The translations under genes were made by a program, and so were the position numbers. A stretch of DNA of 32,583 nt from Chrysochromulina tobinii (Eukaryota). Shown here in pieces: positions 17,854 through 28,623 of the stretch. The stretch spans positions 1 to 32,583 of the forward strand of contig JWZX01003275.1 of assembly GCA_001275005.1 (NCBI GenBank), read 5' to 3'. The notes under the pieces were generated by a model, which saw nothing but the letters and a program-made list of their open reading frames with translations, was not told the DNA's origin and did not search any database. Position 1 is the first letter of the stretch. Every line of letters begins with the position of its first letter.

Positions 17854-20800
17854 CTATCCGTGGGCCAGAATGTGCACGGCGTTGTTGAGCTGGGTGGTGC
17901 GCGTATGGAGCGCGACGGTGATCCGGTTGGCAAAGTGGGCGGAGGCGCTCTCCTCCGAGTGGCCGATGAGCATGCACTCGCGCAGCCAGTTGATATCCTC
18001 GGCCCTCTGAAGCTCGGGAATGCCTGTCGAGAGCATGAGCTGGAAGAGGTTGATGAACTCGTTCGCGTGCGCACGGATGACGTTGTACGCCCGGCCGCAC
18101 AGGTCACTGAAGCGCGCGTAGTCGTCCGCGCCCTTCTCTCCAAGCACATACGCAAAGTCGGGCGTGAACACGAAGGGGGCGCGCTCACGCCTGATGCCAA
18201 ACTTGGACTTGAAGTTGCCCAAAAAGTGGCCAAAGTCGATGTGGAAGAGGTGGCCTGTGCGTGCGAGCATGATGTTGTCATTATGCCTGTCGCCGATGCC
18301 CATGACATACGTGGCAACGCAGTAGGCCGCGAGCGAGACTAGGAAGGTGTCGACCGCCCGGCGGTACGCGTCGGGCGTCGGGTTGTGTTCGCGCAGGTAC
18401 ATAGCCATCGGTTCCTTGGAGAAGGCGCCGCTGGCGCCACCCGAGTAAGTCTTGGTGATGTCTGCTGTAGTCGTCGAGTTGAGTACCACCTCGATGAAGC
18501 CGAGCTCGTTGCCCGTGGCGACGCACCGATAGGCCGAGAGCTGCAGATCGAGCCCCGCGCGCTCCCAGCGACGCTCCATGATGCGCAGGATCTGGAGCGT
18601 GAGCTGGTCCTGGCGCAGGTCGTCGCCGCACTTGAAGATGACGTACAGGTCGGCACCGATTGGGTCGGCGTTCGAAAAGACGAGCCAGAGCGGAACCTTC
18701 TTTGAGTCCATCGTCTTGCACTTCTCGATGCGAAGCCCGGAGCACTCGAAGCGCGGCGAGAGCGGCAGCGTGAATTTGAGTGGGAACGCGACCTTGGCGA
18801 GCTCGGCTTGGAGCACCCGCTTGCGCTCAGGCTTGCGGATGGTCTTAACGAGCTCGGCCGAGGCGACGAGCATGGACTCAACGCGGCACTGCAGCTCGAG
18901 CTCCGACCGGTGCTCTCCACAGCAGCGCAGGTACTCCTGCAGCAGCAGCCCGAAGCGCTCGCACACCTCGGGCGCGTGCATCCCTGCCTTGAGGCACCAA
19001 AAGAACTGGTGGCCAACTTGGTGCGGCGACGAGAGTGCGCGGCGCAGCAGGAAGCGTGCGAGTGCCGAGTCGTGCCGCGCCTCATACTTGAGCACCTGCA
19101 TGCAATGAGGGACAAAATCAGCATGCAATCAGCGAGAGGGAGCGCCTCATACTTGAGCACCTGCACGAGCTGCAGCACGTACAACTCGAGGTCGGTGTCC
19201 GAAAAGTCCTCGAGGCATCCCACGGCATACTCGCGGATGCGTGCGTCCGCAAACTTAGCATCGAGCAGCTCGAGTGCAGCCACCGGCTTGAGCGGCGCCC
19301 AACGGCCAAGCAGCGCATGCATCTCGGCGACCTGGCGGTGATCTGCCCATGAGACGCTCTGCAGGAACTTGGGTAGCGCGATGGGCGACGAGAGGATGAA
19401 GTGCCGGTGCGTCCAGAGGATCTGCTTGTCATCTTGCGTGAGGTCGGCGAGAGGATCCTGCTCGATGAGTACCTTGAGCCGCTTGATCACACCGGGCGAT
19501 GGCATGCGCTGCGCGTCCGCGCCGCCGCCGCCGCCGGCCTCGGCGACCGCGAGCGGGCGAGGTAGGACGAGGGGCGCTACGAAGTTCTCGAATTGGACAA
19601 AGAGCACCGGCGTCTCAGACCCGTACGTGGACACGTTCTCGGTCGCCGCTCCGGATCAGGTTTGCCTCGGCGCCTGGCCAGAGGCGCAGCTGGTACACTC
19701 CGGAGGCGAGCCGATTCTCGTGGTCGTACAGGGGCAGCCCCACCCATCCGAGCGGCACGGGCGTGAGCTCCCTACGAGCTCCGATGTGATCTCGCGTGGG
19801 CTCCCTACGAGCGCTGGCGGGCCGGCCGTACACGGTGAAGCAAGCCCGCCCCGCCTGGGGAGCGTGGCACACGGGTAGGTCGAAGGCGAGCCATTCATTC
19901 CACTGCGGGTTGAAGCCTTCATCGGCGCTGAGCAGGCTTGTCTGGCGCGGGGCGCACAGCGGCACGCCGCCATGGTACAGTGCCGCGCCGACGTGCAGCG
20001 ACCACGTGGATAGGGCGGCAGCCGCCCGGCCCTTGACGAACCAGGTGAGGAGCTGGGCGGCGGCGCGCATGTTCTCAAGCGCCACGATGCGAATGCGCAG
20101 CTTCGTATGCGGCGAGAGCGCCAACACAGAAGGGAAAGCCGACGGATTGAAGGGGACATTGAGTGGCGGTAGCGGCACGTGTTGCGAGGCGGGCGGCGGC
20201 GGCGCTGGCGGCAGGGGCGGTGCAGAGAGCCACGGGTGTGGGAGGAGGCGCAGCTGTATCTCCTGGGAACGCTTGAGGCAGTAGCGCACCGTCGAGTAGT
20301 CGATCAACTCTCCGCCGACGAGATACTCATTCACGCCCAGGAACTTGAGCACCATCTGCTCGGGTCTGAGCGACTCATCCTTGAGGGCGCGCACATAGTG
20401 GCCGTGCGCGAGGGCTCGCAGCTCGGAGACCTTTTGGCTCTTGGTGGCCATGTAGCCCTTGGCAATGTCCTGGCCGAGGAGGAAGATCTTGACCAGGAAG
20501 CGCGAGGGGAGCGTGGCAAGCGGTGGCGTCGGGTCGGTGAACGTGGGCAGCTCGCGGTTCACCTTGGCTGCCTCGTACTCAGCGAGCACCGTCGGGCGCA
20601 GCAGCATCATCGTTCGCCGGAAGTGCAGCACCTCCATCGACTCGGAGGACCAAACGAGAGGATGGCCGAGCAATGCATGCACGACCTCCTCCGCCTCGGC
20701 CAGCGGAGGAACGAGGGCGTCGCGGTACTCGGCGGCGTCCGTGGCACGGCACAGCCGCAGGATGGGCACACGCCGGTGCTCTAGGAAGGATCGCACATAC

Positions 20801-23771
20801 TGGGCCGTCTGCAGCATCGCCTTGCCCCCGGACGAAAGAACTTCCCCCGTTGTGGGCACCTGCAACACCCAGCCACTCTCGCTAGGCGAGCCCTCGGAGG
20901 CGCCCGGACCGGCGCCATGGCCGAGACCGCCGGTGCGCGCCGCATGGCCGAGGACGGCGAGAACAGCGCGGCCGATGCTGTGCTCGTGCGTGAACGTGTG
21001 CAGGCGCGAGGCGCCTTCAGGCAGCAGCACCCGGCACAAGAACGTGGGCGGCAGCGGCTCGCCGCTATTGGCCACCTCGGCCGCAAGTGCGCCGCCCATT
21101 GTCTTGGAATGGCGCGGCCTCCGGTAGAGATGCTCAGCTTGGGTCTCATCGATCAAGCAGCGCGCCTTTGAGGGCCAATCTCGCGCCTCCTGCTCGGCGA
21201 TCACCGGAGCGAGCTTACGCGACGGGAGCACGAAATCTCGCGAGGTCTCACCCACGAGCTCGGAGGTGAGCTCGCCCGTCAGCTGGCCCTTCTTGATGTG
21301 AACGTACATCAGGCGAGCGAGCAGAACAATCAGCTTTCGAGCGCCTGCATCCTCGGCGAGGCTGAGCGACGAGAGCTCGGCATACGAGATAACGCCCACA
21401 TACGCGGGCGTCGCGCCGAGCACGTCCGCCTCGCGCCCCCCTCCCTGGAAGAGGGGACCGTAGCCGAGCGCCGTGCCCGGGCGCAGCGTGCGCGTCACGG
21501 GCGCCTGGGTGCCGTCATGGGCACGGGCACTGACAGGACGATGGTGCACCTCAAGAGAGCCTTCGAGCAGGAGGGCCACGAAGCTCGCCTCTTCCCCCGC
21601 CTTGAGGAGCGGCGAGCCCACGCCGAGGCGCACGACCGCGAGGGCGCGGGAGAGCAGCGCGAGCTCCGAGAGGCTGAGCTCGCCGCGCATCCAGTCCGCC
21701 TTGCGCTCCGCCAGGCGCAGCAGGCGCAGCGCCTGGGCGGTGGGCGTGGGCGAGGGCAGGAGATTGCGAAGGAGATTGCGAAGCATGGGCACCGTGCTGC
21801 CACCGCCTGCCGCCGCCGCAAGCTCGGCTTCTCGCTCGTCCCTGTTTAGGGCATCTCCCTCGCTGTGGAACGAGCTTGCACTCCCACCAAGGGGCTGGGA
21901 GGGGCTCCGACCCCCTCGTCGCTCGTCTTTCGGGAAGGAGCTTTCACTCACACGCCCAGCGGCACAGTCGGCGCCTCCGAGTTCCAGGTGCGCGTGGGTC
22001 ACGGCCGTGGTACGCATCCGCACTATGAATGTTTCGAGGGGCAGGCAGGCCGCACGCTGCGAGGCGCCAGATGAGTGGAATCGCTGCACGAGCAACGACG
22101 CCGAGAGCGGCTGCTCGTCACTCCCACTGTGAACATTCCCAGGCGGCTCGTCACTCCCAGGGCGGTCGGCCCCGGAGGGAATGGACATGTCATCGGCGGG
22201 CGCGGCGGCGGCAGCAGCGTCGGCGTAGGCGGCGGCCATCGCACCGAGGAGCGTGTGGGCGAGGGCTGGTGTCTTGGATGCGATGCGGGGCAAGTCGGCC
22301 AACGAGAGCATGCCCACTATCCCGTCCTCAAGAGCGACGATGTCACTCAGTCGCGCTGGTGCCGTTGAGAAGAGAGCAGCCTCGCCTACGAACTCCGCCG
22401 CACCGCGCACCACTAGCTCCCCGCTGTCAGCTTGGCCGAACTCAGCACACGAGCCCGAGAGTATAAGCCCCACCCACATTGCCGCCTCACCCTGTGCAAA
22501 GAGCACCTCGCCTGCGAGGAAGGGCGCCGCGGCAGCGCCGTCGTGAGCGCCTGGGTGAGCTCCGGGCTGAGGGTACTGAGCCAGCCGCCGCCGCCGGCCA
22601 TGCCGCCGCCGGCTATTCCACCCGCCATGCCACCCGCCATGCCGCCCGCCATGCCGTCGCCCTCGGAGGTCTGAAGACCGATCTGAAGACCGATGAGATA
22701 CTCAAGCACCTTCTCCGACGTGAGCGAGGTAGGCAAGGACGAGTACGTGCGCACAAGCGCGTCGACCCCTCTGCGCGCCGAGGTGATGGGCACGAGGGGT
22801 GGTGATGTCGTGGACAAGCTGACAATCGCATTGGTCGACGACATCGGGAAGGCGCTCACGTCGGGAGCTTTGATTGAGCGCGGTGCTCGCGTCGCGTCGG
22901 GCTCGTTGGACGATTTGGACAGCTTGACCTGCTCACAGAGGCGGGAGGGCGGCGAGCGCAAGGATGGGCTCACTTGATGGATCAAGCAGGCACTAGGCAG
23001 GAATGGACCTGGCAGCGCCTCACCTTGGGGGTGCCTGAGGTGCGGCGCGAGGGGTCGTCGAGGTCCTTGCGCCGGGTGGACGCTTTCGATGCCTTGCGCA
23101 GCAGTGACTCCTGCTTCTTGAGGTCCAAAGGTGTATTGGCGTCCCACCCTTGCTGCGCCTGCTTGGCAAGCAACTCACGCACGCCATGCTGTCGCTGCTG
23201 CTCACTTACGCGCGAGAAGTCGATGCCATCGGACTCAAACTGCTTCTCGAGCGCGGCATTTGCGAGCTGCGTGTTCAGCTTCGTCGCGAGCGTTGGATTG
23301 GACTTCTTGAGCCGCTCGAGCTGTGTGAACGGCACGACTGCGAGATACCCGTCCTCGGATGCCACAACCGACACGTTCCGCGTACCGCCCGAGAATAGGC
23401 TCGTCCCACCGATGATGTCGCCAATGCCACGCAACGCGCCCACTGGCACATCACCGATCATCGGCGTGAGGACGCCCTTTAGCAGCACGCCGAAAAAGGT
23501 GGCCGGCTCGCCTTGAAGAAGGACCGTCTCGCCCTCCTTGAAGTAGAGAATGGTGAGCTCGTGCACGAGGTCGAGCAGTTGTTGGAAGTCGAAGTCCCCA
23601 AAGTACTTGCTGCACTCCTGCGTCTTTGCGAGCAGCTCGATGGCCTGCAGGCGGCAAAGGATGGGATGTGTGACATTGGCCATCATCGAGGGACGAGGGA
23701 GCAGCACTGAAGCCCACCTGCTCTTCGGACACGTCGCTCATCTCGGCTGAGAGCTGCTGCACGAGCGGCAT
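17854..23771 (-). CDS. Class I-type phosphoinositide 3-kinase catalytic subunit with three N-terminal cyclic-nucleotide-binding domains (about 1,900 aa; 4 exons; two apparent 1-nt frameshifts)
   Basis: Exons 23718..23771, 23024..23644, 19161..22928 and 17854..19095, all with in-phase GT-AG junctions. Indels at about 22531 and about 19653. Kinase: MDSKKVPLWL, IFKCGDDLRQDQLTLQ, GIGDRHNDNIM, HIDFGHFLGN. Helical: ALELLDAKFADARIREYAV. C2: ALYHGGVPLC, WNEWLAFDL. RBD-like: LKFLGVNEYL. CNB motifs: QGEPATFFGVLLKG, QGEAAMWVGLILSG, AGEEASFVALLLEG. Confidence 0.88.
19096..19160 (-). other. 65-nt spliceosomal intron bounded by a 24-bp direct repeat
   Basis: CAG|GTGCTC...TGCAG|GTGCTC. Removal restores the conserved LQLVQVLKYEARHDSAL of the PI3K helical domain. 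Confidence 0.9.
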
Positions 23772-24043
23772 TGAAGTCGTGTGAACGACAAGGGCCGTCC
23801 AATCGATGACAAGGGGCAAGACGAGGCAAGTCAAGAGTCAAGACAGTCTTTACAAGTCAAATCGTCGCGGTCGAGTAAACCTCTCCTCACAACTGCTTGC
23901 GGCTTTGACGAGCTCAAAATGATAACGGAGAGTTTTGAAGAGAGGCGTGAAACGTGTTCACAGGACTTTTCGCGCGACTCCTGACGGCTTCGTGCCCGGC
24001 GGAGCATCGGGAGGTGGTGGTTCATAAGGTGGCCTGAATTACT

Positions 24044-24880
<837 letters not shown>

Positions 24881-25694
24881 GCCGCGAGGGATCCTAAAGA
24901 ACTGTAGCTCGACCCCACCTGCTGGGCAGCCAGCGGCAGGTAATTTCCGGCGGCCGAGCGCCGGCGTGCTCGACTACACGAGCTCCCGGGTCACTATGCC
25001 GCCAGGTGGACGATCCGTCTTCCAACTCGGAGATGGGAGTACGCAGCCGCCGCCAAGAGCGCCAACCTATGGGAGTGGTCTGTCCGGAGGAGGGCAGCAG
25101 CAGCAGCAGCACGCGGCGGGAGGGTATGCGGCGGGCTGGGCGCCACCCGAGCGCATGGGGTTGCAGGGTGGTGTGCGTAACCCCAACGCCTCCTCGGTCG
25201 TCTTTGGCTGACGAAACTCGACCATGTTGGTGTTCGCATGCATGCATGTTGATGCGGCGGTACGGCTCGGCTTCAGCGCCGCGTAGGCGGTAGCCGGTAC
25301 CCCCCCGCGCGCGCCTCGCCTAGGCAATCGGAGTCGCACGCATGAAAGGCCCTCAAAGGCGGCAGCGCGGCACACGCCGCCCGCGCCGGACGGGGACGCC
25401 GCCCTACGCCTCGTGATCGGCGATCCGGCGCAAGGTGTCGGCCGCATCGCCCGACCCCGAGCCGATACGCCCGGCCGGGTCGGCGCGCCCCGCGACCCCG
25501 CTAAGCCCGCATTAGACCCCGCGCGCCGCACGATTGGCGCGCCGCCACGCTCCGTGGTGACCGTTTTATGTCTGTACGCGCGCGCACAAAATGTGCTGTG
25601 TGTAATTGGCATACATGGTGCGTGCGTGGTGGGTGCTCCGGTTGACAGCGCGACATCTAATTTATTCATGCTGATGGCCCTGATGCTCTCACCT

Positions 25695-25735
25695 TACTAT
25701 CCTGCGCTGGCGCTACTATCCTGCGCTGGCGCTAC
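25695..25735. repeat. 19-bp tandem duplication
   Basis: TACTATCCTGCGCTGGCGC x2 plus TAC. Confidence 0.85.
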
Positions 25736-25839
25736 CGAAACGCGCGAAAGAATGATGCGCGCGCGTGCGAGCGGTGCAACATAGCCGCGGGCACCTGAGC
25801 GTCGAACACCCAACACGGTAGGCAGCTCCTCCAGACGAT

Positions 25840-26225
25840 TCATTGAAAGTACGACAGCGATAGCGTCGCGAGGACCGACGCAAGGAGAACAAAGAAAAGG
25901 TTCGATCTGCTCTCACGACACATGCAGCAGCGGCAGCAGAGTGTGAGCGGTGGCGTACGCGACTGTGAGTGTGCGCATTCGCTGGCCACGGGCCATAGGC
26001 GGGCAGAGGGCGCGGAAGCACTCACAGCTGGGTGTTCTCGACGCCCGTCGTGTACGAGTCGCCATCCTTGCGGCCCTTGTAGCCAATTGAGCCCTCTGGG
26101 AGCGCCTTGATCTCGCTGGCTTTGCGGGAGTCCTTGGGGAAAGCAAAGTCGGTCACCGTCTTCTTGTTGGTCGACTGAAGACCCTCGTCGATCTTGCGGC
26201 TGCCCACGAGACCCACGGTCGGCAT
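25840..26225 (-). CDS. Small (88 aa) putative tail-anchored membrane protein, 2 exons (26026..26225, 25840..25906)
   Basis: MPTVGLVGSRKIDEG...GVENTQ, intron GTGAGT...GAGCAG (25907..26025), then LSNLFFVLLASVLATLSLSYFQ*. Exon lengths 200+67 give 89 codons. Confidence 0.65.
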
Positions 26226-26384
26226 GGGACCGAAACTTGGATGCGACACGTGTCATCAATCATTCACAATTCACCAACACGCCGTATAACGTATCATTCA
26301 CAACCACATTCAAATTCGTGTGTGTCTCACACCTTCACATTTTCACACCTTCGCATTTGGCCTTCACATTCTTCGTCGTCATTT

Positions 26385-27188
26385 ATGCGAGCCGCACTCG
26401 CAAGAATTCTGCCCATCCTTGCGACGCCACGCTGCCCGCGCACCTTGCAGAGGGTGCTCGTCACTGAAGCAAACGAAGCGATAGCGGACGAGCCGTCGTC
26501 GCACTTACGCGCAGCGCCGACTCGTAGCACCTCACGGGCTGCGCTGCGAGCGGCTGCGCCACGCATTTACTCGGAGCTCAACCACTTGGCCTTCGATGGC
26601 CAGCTGCCGCCTGATATTTCGCTATCATGGAATGCGAGGCTGCGGCGGACGGCCGGTCGCTGCCACTTCATCTCGCTGGCGAATAAAACGAGGGTGGCTT
26701 CCATCGAGCTATCTCCGCGGGTGCTAGACTCCTTGGACCGGCTGCGCACTACCCTCGCCCATGAGATGTGCCATGCCGCGCAGTGGCTGATCACGGGCAC
26801 CGCACGGCCGCCGCACGGCTCGGCGTTTCAGTTGTGGGCACGCCAACTCGAGATGCGCGTGCCCGACATCCAGATCACCACGCGCCACACTTACGAGGTG
26901 TCCTGCCGCTACCGCTATTCGTGCGTCGAGTGCGGACAGCACTATGGCCGTCACTCGCGCTCCCTCGACCTGCGCACGCGGGTGTGCCGATGCGGTGGCA
27001 CGCTCCACTTTGACGGCGCCTTGGGTCACGACGGTGCCCCGATCAAGCCGGCCAAGCCACCGCCTGCGTTCGCCAAGTATGTGCAAGAGGCTTACGCGCC
27101 CTTGCGGAGGCGGTGGCCGAGGGTGACGCACCAGCGCATCATGCAGGAGCTGGGAAAGAAGTGGCGCGCGAAGAGTATAAATTATTAA
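26385..27188 (+). CDS. SprT-like metalloprotease with zinc ribbon and HMG-box-like tail (GCNA/ACRC family)
   Basis: ELNHLAFDGQLP, WNARLRRTAGRC, IELSPRVLD, TLAHEMCHAAQW (HExxH), HGSAF, CVEC...HSRS...CRC, and FAKYVQEAY...HQRIMQELGKKW. Confidence 0.9.
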   Translation: MRAALARILPILATPRCPRTLQRVLVTEANEAIADEPSSHLRAAPTRSTSRAALRAAAPRIYSELNHLAFDGQLPPDISLSWNARLRRTAGRCHFISLANKTRVASIELSPRVLDSLDRLRTTLAHEMCHAAQWLITGTARPPHGSAFQLWARQLEMRVPDIQITTRHTYEVSCRYRYSCVECGQHYGRHSRSLDLRTRVCRCGGTLHFDGALGHDGAPIKPAKPPPAFAKYVQEAYAPLRRRWPRVTHQRIMQELGKKWRAKSINY

Positions 27189-27249
27189 CTTAGCGCCGTA
27201 TCGGGCCTTTTTGCCTCACGTCGCGAGTGTTGCTCCGCGTGCGTCGGCG

Positions 27250-28293
27250 ATGTCGCTCTTGATCACGGGCGGGCTGGGATTCCTCGGGCTGCAGACAGCA
27301 TCGGCGCTGCTGCGCCGCGGCGTTGTGTGGAGCCCACTCTTCAAGCAGCCGGTCTCCATCAAGAAGATCACGCTTTTTGACATACCGGCGGCCATCAGTG
27401 CGGGCGCAGCGTCTGTGCCCAAGGAGCTGCGCGAGGACCCGCGCGTGGCCATCAAGACGGGCGACCTGGGTGAGGAGGGCATCGCTGCCGAGCTCATCGA
27501 CGACGACGACCTCTCCATCGTCCACCTCGCTTCGATGGTGTCCGGCGACACGGAGGCCGACCCGGACCGTGGCTGGAGAGTGAACGTGGAAGGGCAGCGC
27601 GCTCTGCTCGAGGCGGTGAAGGCGAGCGCACCCGGCGCGCGCTTCCTCTTCACCTCCTCGACAGCCACACTCGGCCCGGTGCCCGAGGGACGCATCGCGG
27701 ACGACAGCACCAAGCTGCTGCCCGGCAACACCTACGGATTCCACAAGGCAGTGTGCGAGCTGATGATCAATGATTACGCGCGGCGCGGCTGGGTAGACGC
27801 GCGTGGGCTGCGGCTGCCTGTGATCGTGGTGCGCCCGGGCGCGCCCAACGCCGCTCTCACGGGAGCCTGGTCTACAGTGGTGCGCGATCCTCTCAAGGGT
27901 CTGGACGTGACCATACCGATACCACTCGATGCGAGGCTACCTGTCGCATCCTATCAGACGGTGGTGGGGAGCGTGGCAGCCATGCTCAACGAGGTGGACG
28001 GGCGCGCTCTCGGCGCCGACCGCACCCTCATGCTCCCCTCCCTGTCCCTCTCGGTCGCGGAGATGCATGCAGCCGCACAATCATTTGCCGCGCGCCACGG
28101 GCTGCCCATCGGCACAGTGACCTCACGTGAACAGGAGGTGGCCACACGCATCGTGCGCGGAATGGGGAGCCGCGCCGACGGCGCGCGCGCCGTGAGTGCC
28201 GGTCTGCCGCGCGATGAGAGTGCCGACTCGATAGTGGCCGCGTACGCAGCCGACTATGTGCTGCCGAAGCTCCAAACGAGCAGCACCAGCTGA
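27250..28293 (+). CDS. Extended SDR / NAD-dependent epimerase-dehydrogenase, D-erythronate dehydrogenase (DenD)-like
   Basis: LLITGGLGFLG, HLASMVSGDTEAD, YGFHK (YxxxK) and ELMINDYARRGWVDARGLRLPVIVVRPGAPNAA. Confidence 0.85.
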   Translation: MSLLITGGLGFLGLQTASALLRRGVVWSPLFKQPVSIKKITLFDIPAAISAGAASVPKELREDPRVAIKTGDLGEEGIAAELIDDDDLSIVHLASMVSGDTEADPDRGWRVNVEGQRALLEAVKASAPGARFLFTSSTATLGPVPEGRIADDSTKLLPGNTYGFHKAVCELMINDYARRGWVDARGLRLPVIVVRPGAPNAALTGAWSTVVRDPLKGLDVTIPIPLDARLPVASYQTVVGSVAAMLNEVDGRALGADRTLMLPSLSLSVAEMHAAAQSFAARHGLPIGTVTSREQEVATRIVRGMGSRADGARAVSAGLPRDESADSIVAAYAADYVLPKLQTSSTS

Positions 28294-28623
28294 CGCGGGC
28301 CGCAGGCGGGGCTGTGTGGTCCGGGTGACGGGTGAGCGCTGAGCGGTCCCGCTTGATGTGGCCGCGGCTTCGCTTCGCTTATTTTGTGGGGGTGGACGCC
28401 GCGCTCGAGGCCTGCTCTTGGGCAGAAGATTGCGAGTGTACAGCGAGAGGGATTGTTCATCGCATGGCCATGGGTTCGATTTACCGTTCGGTTCGATTTC
28501 CGTACGTTTATTCAGCCGCGAACCCGGCGCGAATGCGAGGAACCGAACGTCTATAGAGCCTAACACAGTACAACCCTGGTACAACCGAACTACAAGTCCC
28601 AAGCTAACGAGACTCAAATCGCA

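Noticed and set aside
28470..28565. hAT-like subterminal CGGTTC/GAACCG words ending in CTATAGAGCCTA
   Set aside because: No partner terminal repeat or 8-bp duplication found nearby; at most a fragment.
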